A model generated the notes under the pieces. That model ran no database searches and had not been told where the DNA came from. It saw only the letters and a program-made list of their open reading frames with translations. The translations under genes and the position numbers were made by a program. 64,000 bases of DNA, taken from NCBI GenBank assembly GCA_021325135.1, contig JAJPHT010000020.1, positions 64,001 to 128,000 of the forward strand. The letters run 5' to 3'. Source of the stretch: Pseudomonadota bacterium. Its GTDB lineage: Archaea > Thermoplasmatota > SW-10-69-26 > JACQPN01 > JAJPHT01. This document shows positions 19,864 to 29,573 of the stretch, one piece after another; the first letter of the stretch is position 1, and every line of letters starts with the position of its first letter.

Positions 19864-20850
19864 TCAGTTGTTCGCATGCTTCATCTCCACGGTCTTCGCC
19901 TTCCGCGTGGGCGGCTTCCTCGCTTTGACGGGGAGCGTCGGCGTCTCGGGCGCGGGCGGGCTCATGTCCACGAAGTGGTCCGCGGACGGGTTCTGGATGA
20001 AGATCATGCCGTAGGGGAAGTCCTCCTGCCAGAGGCGGATCTTCTGCTCCCGGGCGAGGAAGAGGACGGAGACGAGCGTCTTCACGACGTCGTCGCGCGT
20101 CTTGTCCTGGATCTCGGTGATGGGGATGGGCACGCCGTTGCGTCCGAGGATGCGCTCCCAGACCTCGCGGATGTCGGCGTCCTGGTCCTCCTTGTGGGCG
20201 GCGCCCTCGGCGCGGCCGCGGCCGGCGGCACGGCGCTGGGACTTCAGCGCCTCGCGGCTCTCCACCAGGGCGGCGCGAAGGTCCGCTTCGCGGCGGGCCT
20301 CCTCCAGCGCGCTGACCAATTCCATGAGCGTGACCTTGCGATCCCCCTTGTGGCGGATCTTCTCGTCCAGGAGGTCGTCGGGGTCGGCGCCGAGGACGCG
20401 CTGGTTGTACGCGGCGTCCACGTCGCTGGGAAGCTCGTCCAGGCTGGGAAGGTCGTCCCAGCCAAGCTCCACGGGCTCGGGGGGCGGGGGCGGCTCGGCG
20501 CGCTCGCGGAGGTGCTCGCTCTGGAGGCGCAGGATGCTCCACGCCATGTGGAGGAGCTTGCCCGCGGTGAGGAGGTCGATCTGCGCGCCGTCCTTGACGC
20601 GCTGCATGTAGAGGGCGGTGAACTTCACCAGGTCGATGGCCCACGGGTCCATGCCCTGGTCCAGCACCAGCTCGAAGGCCAGCGAGATGCTGCGGTCGAA
20701 GGGGTCCTCGATGCCCACGTGGTGCCCCTGGCCGCGCTCCTTGACGAGGCGGATGTACTCGTTGATGCGCTCGTTCCCGTTCTCGTCGCTGAGGAGCGCC
20801 TTGTGGAACATGAGGTGGTTGACGAGCTGCTGCTCGCTGAGGCCGGCCAC
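19864..20850 (-). CDS. scpA: Kleisin ScpA
   Basis: MDPWAIDLV, ILRLQSE, RKVTLMELVSAL, LFLA..QKIRLWQEDFPYG. Confidence 0.92.
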   Translation of the reverse strand: MAGLSEQQLVNHLMFHKALLSDENGNERINEYIRLVKERGQGHHVGIEDPFDRSISLAFELVLDQGMDPWAIDLVKFTALYMQRVKDGAQIDLLTAGKLLHMAWSILRLQSEHLRERAEPPPPPEPVELGWDDLPSLDELPSDVDAAYNQRVLGADPDDLLDEKIRHKGDRKVTLMELVSALEEARREADLRAALVESREALKSQRRAAGRGRAEGAAHKEDQDADIREVWERILGRNGVPIPITEIQDKTRDDVVKTLVSVLFLAREQKIRLWQEDFPYGMIFIQNPSADHFVDMSPPAPETPTLPVKARKPPTRKAKTVEMKHANN

Positions 20851-20883
20851 TCTAGCTCGCCCCCTCGATCAGGCGCCTCGACA

Positions 20884-20960
20884 ACGCCACGACGCCACGA
20901 CGCCACGACGCGACGCTTTCGAGAATCGTGGCGTCGTGGCGTCGTGGCGTCGTGGCGTCG
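20884..20960. repeat. Palindromic element with 8-mer tandem arms
   Basis: (acgccacg)x3 ... (cgtggcgt)x4 in the smc-scpA intergenic region. Confidence 0.8.
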
Positions 20961-20979
20961 CGACGTGACGGAGAGGCAA

Positions 20980-23900
20980 TCACGCGGGGGGCGCCTCCTG
21001 GGCAGGTTCGTCCGCAAGCTCGGAGATGCGCACCTCGCCGATGATCTCGGAGAGGCCGCTCTCCATCATGGTGACGCCGTAGACGTGCTCGGCCTCCTTC
21101 AGCGTCACCTTGCGCAGCGAGACGACGATGAACTGGGCGTGCTTGCTCTCGCTCTTGACCATGCGGGCGAGAAGCTCCGAGTTGACGCCGTCGAGGTTCT
21201 GGTCCACCTCGTCCAGATAATAGAATGGCGAGGGGTCGAACTCCTGGATGGCGAAGATGAACGCCATGGACGTCAACGACTTCTCGCCGCCCGAGAGGGC
21301 TTCCAGGCGCGTGACCTTCTTGCCGGGGGGCTGGGCGCGCATGGTGAGGCCGCCTTCGAAGGGGCTCTCGGGGTTCTCCAGCAGAAGCTCGGCCTTGCCG
21401 CCGTTGCTGAGGCGGGCGTAGGTCTTGGCGAAGTTGACGTTGATCTCGTCGTAGACCTTGAAGAAGCCCTCCTTCTTCTTGGCGACGATCTCGTCCACCA
21501 GCGTGAGGAGGTGCGTGCGCTCGGTCTCCAGGCGCGCGGTCTCGGCGGTCAGCTCCTCCTTGCGCGCGGCCTGGCGGTCGTACTCCTCCAGGGCCAGCAT
21601 GTTGACGTTGCCGAGGCGCTCCAATTGCGATTCCAGGGAGCGGACGCGGTTCCTCAGCTCGTCGACGCTCTCGGTGACGGTCTCGGGGATGGGGATGGCG
21701 AACGTGCCAAGCTCCTCGCGGACCTCCGCCAGCGACGCCTCCAGCACGGGGATGCGGCCGCGGTAGTTGAGGATCATGTCGTCCTTGCGGTTGCGCGCCT
21801 CGCGCACCTTGTCCGCGCGGACGTGGACCTCCATGCGCTCCTTCCCCAGCACGTCGCGCTGCGCGTTGAGGCCGGCGAGGGCCTCGTCCTGCTGCGCCTG
21901 GAGCGCCAAGAGCACGGCAAGCTCGTGCTCCTTCTCCTGGGCGAGGGCGCCGTTGACGCGGACGCTCTCCTCCTCCTGGGCGAGCTTGGCGTCGATCTGG
22001 GAGAGGCGCGCGGCGATCTCGGCGCGGCGCTCCTCCAGGAGGGCGAGGGAGTGCGATTTGGTCTCGACCTGCGAGCCGAGGTCGCGGACCTTCTCGCGCA
22101 GCGCGGCCGCGTCGCGGTCCTCCTTCTCCAGCTCCTTCGCCACGTCCTTGGGCGTGGCGGCGAGGAGGACCTGGGACTTCTCCTCGCGCTCGGTCTCCAT
22201 GGCGGCGAGGTCGACGGTGAGCGTCTGGAGCGCCTTGGCGTGGTCCTCGATCTCGCGCTCGGTGGCGAGGAGGTCGCGCTTCGCCTCGCCCGCCTGGGCG
22301 GTGAGGCTGGCGAGGCGGGCCTCGGCCTCGGCCTTCCTGCGGGTGGCGTCGGCCAGCTTGCCGCTGCGCTCCTGGTGGAGCAGCGTGGCCTCGCGGAGGC
22401 GGCCGTCCACGTCGTCGATCTGCGCGCGGACCCCCGAGAGGTCCGCCGAGAGCGCCTCTTGGTGCGCGACGGCGGCCTGGAGCTTCTTGCGGACGTCCTC
22501 GAACTGCGCGGCCTCGCCGGCGCCGAACTTGACCTTGGCGCCGAAGCTCTCGCGGTCGCCGCCGGTCATGGCGCCGCCCGCGTCGATGAGGTCGCCCTCC
22601 ACGGTGACGAGGCGCACGCCGCCCATGAGCTTGCGCGCCGCGTCCATGCTCTTGACGATGACCGTGTCGCGGAAGACGTACCAGAACGCGGGGCGGTACT
22701 CCTCGTCGAAGCGCAGCAGGTCGATGGCGAAGCCCAAGGCGTCGGGGCTCCGCACCGCCATGAGGGGCTTGCCCGCCGGGCGGCCGGGGACCATCTTGTT
22801 GAGGGGGAGGAACGTGGCGCGGCCCAGCTTGTTGCGCTTGAGAAGGTCGATCGCGCGGGCGGCGTCCTCGTCCGATTCGGTGACGATGGCCTGCATCTTG
22901 CCGGCGGCCGCGACCTCCATGGCGGTGGCGAGCTTGTCGTCGACCTGCGCCAGCTCCGCGACGGTGCCGCAGATGCCTTTCAATTGCCCCTGGTCGCGGG
23001 CGGCGAGGATGGCGGAGACCGCGCGGTTGTACCCCTGCGCGACCTTCTCGTTGCTGTCCGCTTGGGCCTTGAGCAGGGAGTACTCGTTCTGGAGGCGCCG
23101 AAGCGCGGGCTCCAGCTCGCGAAGCTGGCCGTTCAATTCCGCCTCGCGCTTCTTCAGGGCGAAGAGATCCTTGCGGAGCGACTCGGGGTCGACGGCCGCC
23201 GCGGCGGCGCCCGACTCCTTGAAGGTGAACTCCACGTCGCGAAGCTCGAAGCGCTGCGTCTCGATGCCCTCCTCGGCCTCCGCGACGGCGTGGACGAGGC
23301 GCGCCTTGCGCTCCACCGCCCGCTCGTGGGCGAGGCGCGTCTCGTGGAGCGCGATCTCGGCCTTCTCATGGCGCACGCGAAGCTCCGCAAGCTCGCGCTG
23401 CACGTCGCTGGCGCGGCCCGCGGTGCGGCTGATGGTGTCGCGAAGGCGCTCCAGCTTGCCCTCCGCCAACGAGAGGGCTGAGGCCTTCTCGTCGCGCTGC
23501 GCCACGAGCGCGTCGCGCTCCTTGGCGTACCGGGCGATCTCCTTCTCCTGGCGCTTGAGGTCGGCGCCCGCCTCCTGGCGAGCGCCCTTGAGCTCCACGA
23601 TCTCCTGCTGGGAGTAGTTCAGCCGCTCGGAGGCCTGGATGGCGGCCTTCTTCAACGCCTCGATCTTCTGCTTGAGGTCCTTGGCCTCGGGGCCGGCGCG
23701 CTCCACGATCTGGCGCTCGACCTCGTTGAGCGCGGCGTCGACCTCGCGCACGCGGGCCAGGAGGGCCTCCACCTGGCGCTCCAGGTCGTCGCGCTCCGCG
23801 GTCTCGCTCTCGATGAGGCCCTGCACGTTCTGGAGCTCGACCTCCAGGAAGTCCTTCCTGCGCTTGGCGTGCTTCACGCGGGCGAGGTCCAGGTCGTCCT

Positions 23901-24573
23901 TGACGGTCTTGTACTTGAGGGCCTGGTCGCGCTCGCGGGCCAGGGTGTGGAGCTGCGCGTCGATCTCGGTGAGCACGATGCGGATGTGCTCCAGGTTCTG
24001 CTCGACGGCGGCGCGCTCCTTGTTGGCCTTCTCGATGTCCGCGTCGAAGTTGGTGATGCCGGCGATCTGGTCGATGATCTGCCGGCGCGCGGCGGGGGGG
24101 AGCTCGGTGATGCGCAGGATGTCGCCTTGGCGCACGATGTTGTAGCCCTCGGCGCTGATGCGCGCCTTGGAGAGCAGCTCGTCGAACTCGGTGAGGCTGC
24201 TGGCGCGGCCGTTGACGTAGAAGTGGGAGTACGAGTTCTCGACGTTGCTCTTGGAGAGCACGACGCGGCGCGTCAGCGAGACCTCGTCCGCGTCCACGGG
24301 GATCACGCGGTCGCGGTTGTCGAAGACCAGGCTGACCTGGCAGTAGGTGGCGGGCTTGCGCTCCTTGCCGCCGTTGAAGATGAGGTCGGTGAGCTTGCCG
24401 GCCCGGATGGCCTTGTTGGACTTGGGGCCCAGCACGAAGAGGACGGCGTCGCCGATGTTGGATTTCCCCGAGCCGTTGGGGCCGGTGATGGCGGTGAAGC
24501 CGTCGAGGAAGGGGATGGACAGCTTCCGTCCGAAGGACTTGAAGTTCTCCATCTCCACGCGCTTCAGGTGCAC
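20980..24573 (-). CDS. smc: Chromosome segregation protein SMC
   Basis: GPNGSGKSN Walker A, coiled coils, hinge GRATFLPLNK, LSGGEKS, LDEVD. Confidence 0.98.
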   Translation of the reverse strand: MHLKRVEMENFKSFGRKLSIPFLDGFTAITGPNGSGKSNIGDAVLFVLGPKSNKAIRAGKLTDLIFNGGKERKPATYCQVSLVFDNRDRVIPVDADEVSLTRRVVLSKSNVENSYSHFYVNGRASSLTEFDELLSKARISAEGYNIVRQGDILRITELPPAARRQIIDQIAGITNFDADIEKANKERAAVEQNLEHIRIVLTEIDAQLHTLARERDQALKYKTVKDDLDLARVKHAKRRKDFLEVELQNVQGLIESETAERDDLERQVEALLARVREVDAALNEVERQIVERAGPEAKDLKQKIEALKKAAIQASERLNYSQQEIVELKGARQEAGADLKRQEKEIARYAKERDALVAQRDEKASALSLAEGKLERLRDTISRTAGRASDVQRELAELRVRHEKAEIALHETRLAHERAVERKARLVHAVAEAEEGIETQRFELRDVEFTFKESGAAAAAVDPESLRKDLFALKKREAELNGQLRELEPALRRLQNEYSLLKAQADSNEKVAQGYNRAVSAILAARDQGQLKGICGTVAELAQVDDKLATAMEVAAAGKMQAIVTESDEDAARAIDLLKRNKLGRATFLPLNKMVPGRPAGKPLMAVRSPDALGFAIDLLRFDEEYRPAFWYVFRDTVIVKSMDAARKLMGGVRLVTVEGDLIDAGGAMTGGDRESFGAKVKFGAGEAAQFEDVRKKLQAAVAHQEALSADLSGVRAQIDDVDGRLREATLLHQERSGKLADATRRKAEAEARLASLTAQAGEAKRDLLATEREIEDHAKALQTLTVDLAAMETEREEKSQVLLAATPKDVAKELEKEDRDAAALREKVRDLGSQVETKSHSLALLEERRAEIAARLSQIDAKLAQEEESVRVNGALAQEKEHELAVLLALQAQQDEALAGLNAQRDVLGKERMEVHVRADKVREARNRKDDMILNYRGRIPVLEASLAEVREELGTFAIPIPETVTESVDELRNRVRSLESQLERLGNVNMLALEEYDRQAARKEELTAETARLETERTHLLTLVDEIVAKKKEGFFKVYDEINVNFAKTYARLSNGGKAELLLENPESPFEGGLTMRAQPPGKKVTRLEALSGGEKSLTSMAFIFAIQEFDPSPFYYLDEVDQNLDGVNSELLARMVKSESKHAQFIVVSLRKVTLKEAEHVYGVTMMESGLSEIIGEVRISELADEPAQEAPPA

Positions 24574-24888
24574 GGGGCCACCTCCGCCTCGGACTCTTCC
24601 CTGAGGTGGAACTCAAGGTGCACTGGCGATCCCATCCAGCCTGGAACCAGGCACGCCCCCGTCATATGCATATCGTTCTGCGCCCATCGGAAACACCGGA
24701 ACAGGGTCAAGCCCGCCGGGGCCGCGCCGAAACTACTCTCGGGGGGCGGTCGCATGCCTCCAGCCAGGCAACCCGGAGGTCATGACCCTTCTCCGGGAAT
24801 CGCCGAGAGAAGCCCCTCCAGGACCCCAACAAAGACCCCCTGCGGGAGCCATCCTGGGCCTCTGCCAGGCGGCCTGCCCGCCAGGGGG

Positions 24889-24969
24889 CTAGAGGTGCAT
24901 CGAGCAGACGCCCCGGGCGCACTTGGGGCAGCCGGGCACGGGGCGGGCGTCCTTGGACTTCTTGCCCAT
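24889..24969 (-). CDS. Putative 26-aa Zn-finger microprotein
   Basis: MGKKSKDARPVPGCPKCARGVCSMHL; GGTGA SD-like sequence upstream. Confidence 0.45.
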   Translation of the reverse strand: MGKKSKDARPVPGCPKCARGVCSMHL

Positions 24970-25119
24970 GGTCGTCACCATGTGGCCGTACTTCCGGCGG
25001 GGCACGCGGATCGCATGGCCGCGCCGGGCTATCTCCCTTCGCGGGGGGCTTCCCGTGGGACGCCTCCGGCGGGTGGGAGAAATGCCCAGTGCGGTGCCCA
25101 TTCCGCCGCCCGGGGCCAA

Positions 25120-25335
25120 ATCCAGATTGGAATTCTGCACAGTGTTGAGAATTCTTGTGAAATTTTTGAACCTGGGAGCAGATGAATCTTTTAGCGCCGA
25201 AATCAACCAAATTATTCGATCTGCATCCGCTTTCTCTCCCAATCTTTCTCATTTTTCTTCTTGAAAAAACACCTACAATCTATTTCTCGCGTTATCTTTA
25301 TCTCCTAAATTCATTATGTTGGTTTGGGAGCAATT
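25120..25335. other. AT-rich non-coding segment
   Basis: Abrupt drop in GC with T/A runs (atttttcttcttgaaaaaac, ttatctttatctcctaaattc). Confidence 0.7.
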
Positions 25336-25381
25336 TCGGGCGGCTGAGGGCCGTCGCTGGACTGCCCCAGGGAACGATCCC

Positions 25382-26107
25382 ATGCGAACTCTGATCGGTA
25401 GAAAGCCAACCGCCCTGATCTTGATCGCCATCGTGGGTACTGTCTCGTTGCTCGCCCCCACGGCACAGTCGGCTCTTCCGGGCGCTTCGACCGTCCACGC
25501 CGTGGTCACAGGGGGCTTCAACCCCACTGGAGATGGACGCTGCGACGGCAGTATGTCGGTGACGACCGATCGGCCGCTCCTCGCGACGGAGAATGCCATC
25601 GTTCTCGTCCAGGTCAATCGCTGCGAGATCACGTCTGCAAGCGTGATCGCGGACCCCGTTCCCCGCACCCGATACGACCCCTGCGCGGATGGCTGCTCCA
25701 AAGGGGAAGGGGACGCCCCTGCCCGCACGACCCTGATCGCCGGTCATGCGGAATGGGACACCCGGCACTGCTCGGAGAGTTGCGGGAAGACGAGCAGCCT
25801 CGTCATCGACGTTTACCAGCAATACCATGCAGCGGACGGCGACAACCTTCAGAGCGACGACACGGGCGTGAATTGCGCCACCACCAACGACTATCAGGTG
25901 GACACGTGCGAGAATTTCCAGGGGACCACGTACGGAAGCGAGCTCTCGACCCTCGGCAAGAGCCACGTTCAAACTTCTCCGCAGAGTTACATCTACGATC
26001 TTTATGGTTACGCGACGCTCTACACCTACTTCGATGGCAGGCATCGGATGGAGTGCGCCTTCAGCGGAAATGCCGCCTACGATACGACGCAGGTAACGTG
26101 TACCTAA
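25382..26107 (+). CDS. Secreted Cys-rich hypothetical protein (lower GC)
   Basis: Signal peptide MRTLIGRKPTALILIAIVG...AQS; ~10 Cys; atypical codon usage. Confidence 0.7.
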   Translation: MRTLIGRKPTALILIAIVGTVSLLAPTAQSALPGASTVHAVVTGGFNPTGDGRCDGSMSVTTDRPLLATENAIVLVQVNRCEITSASVIADPVPRTRYDPCADGCSKGEGDAPARTTLIAGHAEWDTRHCSESCGKTSSLVIDVYQQYHAADGDNLQSDDTGVNCATTNDYQVDTCENFQGTTYGSELSTLGKSHVQTSPQSYIYDLYGYATLYTYFDGRHRMECAFSGNAAYDTTQVTCT

Positions 26108-26122
26108 CAGGAGGGGACAAGC

Positions 26123-26494
26123 ATGAAGCTGGCCTTGGGATGTCTGGGATTGCTGTTGGCGCTCTCCGTCAGCTCCGGCGTCGCGCCCGCCACCGGCGGC
26201 GTGAGCTACGGGGTCTCCGTGGGCCCGGCCTTCGTCTGGGGTCACTGGGCGCAGACGCCGGAGGGGTGCCAGGGTGGCGGCGGCGCGTCGGTCCTCAGCG
26301 ACAACGACGGCCCCCGCCGCGTCGTGACGGAGGACAGGCTCCCCGGCTGCGGGCACGTCCGCGTCTGGGTCTACGAGCAGCCGCCCGCGAGCCGGTTTTG
26401 CGTCGATTCCTGCCCGTCGCGCATCGGGACCCCGTCCCTGGAGGAGGTCCGCGCAAGCTGGACGCTCATCGCGGGGCCCGTGGATTTGGGGTAG
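26123..26494 (+). CDS. Small secreted hypothetical protein
   Basis: AGGAGG SD; signal peptide MKLALGCLGLLLALSVSS. Confidence 0.65.
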   Translation: MKLALGCLGLLLALSVSSGVAPATGGVSYGVSVGPAFVWGHWAQTPEGCQGGGGASVLSDNDGPRRVVTEDRLPGCGHVRVWVYEQPPASRFCVDSCPSRIGTPSLEEVRASWTLIAGPVDLG

Positions 26495-26501
26495 CGGCGC
26501 C

Positions 26502-27836
26502 TCAGTTGGCGCTGCTCTGCGCCTCGTCCCCGGGAGCGAGGCACCCGAAGCCCACGACGCTGGTGCCGGCCTTCACGTCGTTGACGTAGAGGAGGCCGCG
26601 GTGGACGATGACGTCCCAGACGTTGTCGAACGCGGTGGCGCCGTCCGCGGCGGGGTCCTTGGGGACGAGGTGCGCCATGGGGGCGATCGTCGCCGTGTCC
26701 GCCAGGGGGACGCCGCCCAGCGCGCTGAGGTTGAAGACGTAGACGCCGTGGGAGTAGTGCGCGACGTAGAGCTTGTCCCCTACGATCTGGATGTTGTGCT
26801 CGGGCGAGGCGGGCATGGCGTCGCTGGCGTGCCACTGGGCAAGGAGGATCGGCGTCTGGAAGCTCGTGGCGTCGTAGATGGAGAGCCAGTTGCTGCCCAC
26901 CTCCTGGATCATGGCGACGAGGCGGCGGTCGCCCACCTTCTGGCCCACGACGGTGTGCGTGTAGCCCTGCGCGGGGCCGAGGTTGGGGACGAGGGCGAGC
27001 ATCTGCGGGCTCTTGGGGTCGCTCACGTCGTAGGCGCCCCACCCTTCGAAGCCGTTGGCGACGTACAGCACGGGCTTGTGGAGGATCTCGTCCCACACGA
27101 GGCTCATGTCGTGGGGCCCCAGGGGGCCGCCGCCCAGGGGCACGTCGCCCACCTGCCCCACGGGCACGAGCTTGCGCGCGTCGCCTTCGCCCGAGAGCTG
27201 GAGGACCCAGACGCCCGTGTTGTCGTTGGGCGCCACGAAGACGTAGTCCTTCCCCGCGATGCGCGCCGTGGTGAGCATGTGCATGTTGGTGTCGGGGAAC
27301 GCGGTGGCGGGCGTGGGGTAGGTGAAGACGCTCACCAGCCTCGGCGCGACGCCCGCGCGCTCGATCTCGTCCGCGCTGAGGTTCGCTGCAACGACGGGCG
27401 AGACGTCCACGAGGTCGATGGTGGCCGTGTGCCCCACGACGGCGCTGCGGTTGTCGGGCATCCACTTCACGTCGTAGGCGCTCTTCTCCTGGCTCTGGTA
27501 GGTCGCGACCTTCTGCGGGTGCAGCGGGTCCGCGACGCTCACGACCTCGAAGCCCCCGTCGGCGTAGCGCGCCGCGAGGAGCCAGTCGCCGCGCGCGTCG
27601 ATCTCGCCGTGGATGCCCGGCGTGCCGTACTCCACCTGCGCGAGGGGCTTCAGGTTCTCGCTGGTCTTGTCGGCGGGCACGCCCGTCGCGACGCACGGCA
27701 CGCCCGCCAGGAGCCCGGCCACGGTGGCGTCCAGGGCGGCCTTCGCGGACGCAGGGTCGAGGGGGCCCTGGGCCGCGGGCTGGATGCAGCCCGGAAGGAG
27801 GACCGCCAGGGCGAGGAGGGCGAGGAGCGCGCGCAT
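26502..27836 (-). CDS. LVIVD-repeat lipoprotein
   Basis: LLPGC lipobox; VVSVADPLHP, AYDVSDPKSP, HNIQIVGDKLYVAHYSHGV, VWDV. Confidence 0.85.
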   Translation of the reverse strand: MRALLALLALAVLLPGCIQPAAQGPLDPASAKAALDATVAGLLAGVPCVATGVPADKTSENLKPLAQVEYGTPGIHGEIDARGDWLLAARYADGGFEVVSVADPLHPQKVATYQSQEKSAYDVKWMPDNRSAVVGHTATIDLVDVSPVVAANLSADEIERAGVAPRLVSVFTYPTPATAFPDTNMHMLTTARIAGKDYVFVAPNDNTGVWVLQLSGEGDARKLVPVGQVGDVPLGGGPLGPHDMSLVWDEILHKPVLYVANGFEGWGAYDVSDPKSPQMLALVPNLGPAQGYTHTVVGQKVGDRRLVAMIQEVGSNWLSIYDATSFQTPILLAQWHASDAMPASPEHNIQIVGDKLYVAHYSHGVYVFNLSALGGVPLADTATIAPMAHLVPKDPAADGATAFDNVWDVIVHRGLLYVNDVKAGTSVVGFGCLAPGDEAQSSAN

Positions 27837-27938
27837 GCCCCGCGCACCGGCCGCCGGCACAAAGCGGTTTCCTGCATCGCCCTGCCCCATCCTCCCCTGG
27901 GCCGGCAGCTTCTTGCGGCCCCCCGGGATGGGCAGCGC

Positions 27939-28391
27939 ATGCCCCCGGCCTTCCTCCAGGTCGCGATCCCCGTCCTGTACGTCTACGACGAGGGGGCGCT
28001 GCCCGAGGCTCCGCCCGGCTTCGACATGAGCCTCCTGCCCGTCATCAGCCGGGCGCTCAAGGAGCACGCGAACACCAGCAAGGTCACCGTCATCACCGGC
28101 GCGCCCACCAGCGCGGACGACCTGCCGCGCGCCTACACGGGCCTCGGCCTCCAGTACGCCAGCATCCAGAAGGCGAGCCCCGAGGCGGGGAACCTCCTCG
28201 TGGCCGAGTTCGTGGCGGACCACTTCGACGCCGAGGCCGTGCTGGAGCACCTCCGGCGCATCGTCGAGGAGCGCCAGAAGGAGCTGGCCGAGAGCGTCGA
28301 GGCCCACCGCCGCCGCGCGGGCGCCGACGAGGAGCCCGAAGAGGACGGGGACGACGAGGGGCCCGACGAGAGCCAGGGCAGCGGCGCCTGA
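27939..28391 (+). CDS. Hypothetical protein with acidic tail
   Basis: High-GC3 ORF MPPAFLQVAIPVLYVYDE... Confidence 0.7.
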   Translation: MPPAFLQVAIPVLYVYDEGALPEAPPGFDMSLLPVISRALKEHANTSKVTVITGAPTSADDLPRAYTGLGLQYASIQKASPEAGNLLVAEFVADHFDAEAVLEHLRRIVEERQKELAESVEAHRRRAGADEEPEEDGDDEGPDESQGSGA

Positions 28392-28396
28392 GCGCC

Positions 28397-28723
28397 TCAC
28401 GCCTCGCGGATGGGCGCCTCGGGCGCGAGCTTGCCCACCAGGGAGAGCCCGTACTCGCAGTCGCTGCGCGCGACGTAGCCCTCGCCCCCCGTGGCGATGA
28501 TGTTGCCGTTCTGGTGAACGAGCCGCCAGCGCCACTCGCCCTTCTGGTCCGCGTAGACCTCGGTGCGGCCGCCCATCCTGCGCACGATGTCGATGCCGTG
28601 CACCGCGTCGGCCTTGGCGACGTAGGACTCGCTGGAGACCGCGATGATCTTCGAGTTCTCGGCCAGGAGGCGCCAGCGCCACTCGCCCGCGTTGTCCTTG
28701 AAGACCTGGAATTGGCTGGTCAT
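28397..28723 (-). CDS. YegP/DUF1508 family protein (tandem domains)
   Basis: Duplicated D..GEWRWRL...N..IIA..E.Y motif. Confidence 0.9.
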   Translation of the reverse strand: MTSQFQVFKDNAGEWRWRLLAENSKIIAVSSESYVAKADAVHGIDIVRRMGGRTEVYADQKGEWRWRLVHQNGNIIATGGEGYVARSDCEYGLSLVGKLAPEAPIREA

Positions 28724-28802
28724 CGGGCCAGGCAGGCGGCCAACGTCCATAGTTGCGCGCACGGTGGAGGCCGGCTCTCCCCTGGCTTTCCCGCTCCCGG
28801 GA

Positions 28803-28904
28803 GCTCCGCCCCGTTTGATCTCCGCATCTCCGAATCGCCGAATCTCCGCCTGAGACATCGTCCCATCACGGAGATTCGGAGATTCGGGGACCTTGGGGCG
28901 GAGC
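28803..28904. repeat. ~100-bp palindromic element with 8-mer tandem arms and 10-bp terminal inverted repeats
   Basis: gctccgcccc...(atctccga-like)x4...(cggagatt)x2-3...ggggcggagc. Confidence 0.75.
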
Positions 28905-28982
28905 CCCAGCGGAAAAAGGAGCCAAGGAGCAGCACCCCACCGAGCCCAACCTTCATGATGGACCCCCTGCGATGCGCGACCC

Positions 28983-29573
28983 ATGAGCCGCGAAGTCGTC
29001 CTCGCCATGACCGGCGCCAGCGGCACCCCCTACGGCGTGCGCGCGCTGGAGGCCATGGCCCGCGTCCCGGACCTGCGCGTGCATCTCATCCTCACGCCCA
29101 CGGCGGAGCGGCTGCTCCAGTACGAGAGCCGCCTCGACGTGGAGAAGGTGAAGGCCCTCGCCCACGAGGTCCACCGCAACGACGACTTCTTCGCGCCCGT
29201 CGCCAGCGGGAGCCACCGCTTCCGGGGGATGCTGGTGTGCCCCGCGAGCATGAAGCACGTGGGCCTCATGGCGGCCGGCATCGGGAGCGACCTCGTCGCG
29301 CGCACGGCGGACGTGTGCCTCAAGGAGCGCCGCCCCCTGGTGATCGTGCCGCGGGAGACGCCCCTCTCCAGCATCCACCTGCGCAACCTGCTGACCCTCT
29401 CCGAGGCGGGCGCGCACGTCGTCCCCGCCATGCCCGGCTTCTACGTCCTGCCGCAGAGCGTGGACGACCTCGTGAACCACGTCGCGGGGAAGGCCCTGGA
29501 CGCGCTGGGCGTCGAGCACTCGCTCTACCCGCGCTGGAAGGAGCGCGGCGACCTCGCGGGCATGGAGCGCTAG
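28983..29573 (+). CDS. ubiX: Flavin prenyltransferase UbiX
   Basis: AMTGASG, ASGS, CPASM, LKERRPLVIVPRETP, PAMPGFY. Confidence 0.95.
   Translation: MSREVVLAMTGASGTPYGVRALEAMARVPDLRVHLILTPTAERLLQYESRLDVEKVKALAHEVHRNDDFFAPVASGSHRFRGMLVCPASMKHVGLMAAGIGSDLVARTADVCLKERRPLVIVPRETPLSSIHLRNLLTLSEAGAHVVPAMPGFYVLPQSVDDLVNHVAGKALDALGVEHSLYPRWKERGDLAGMER

Noticed and set aside
20884-20960. CRISPR array
   Set aside because: Units are 8-mers without spacers; no cas genes and no CRISPR array seen anywhere in the window.
24590-25335. Possible replication origin (AT-rich DUE; TCCAGnnTGGAA near 24635 and 25121)
   Set aside because: Motifs deviate from the ORB consensus, lack G-strings, and there is no cdc6/orc1 in the window.
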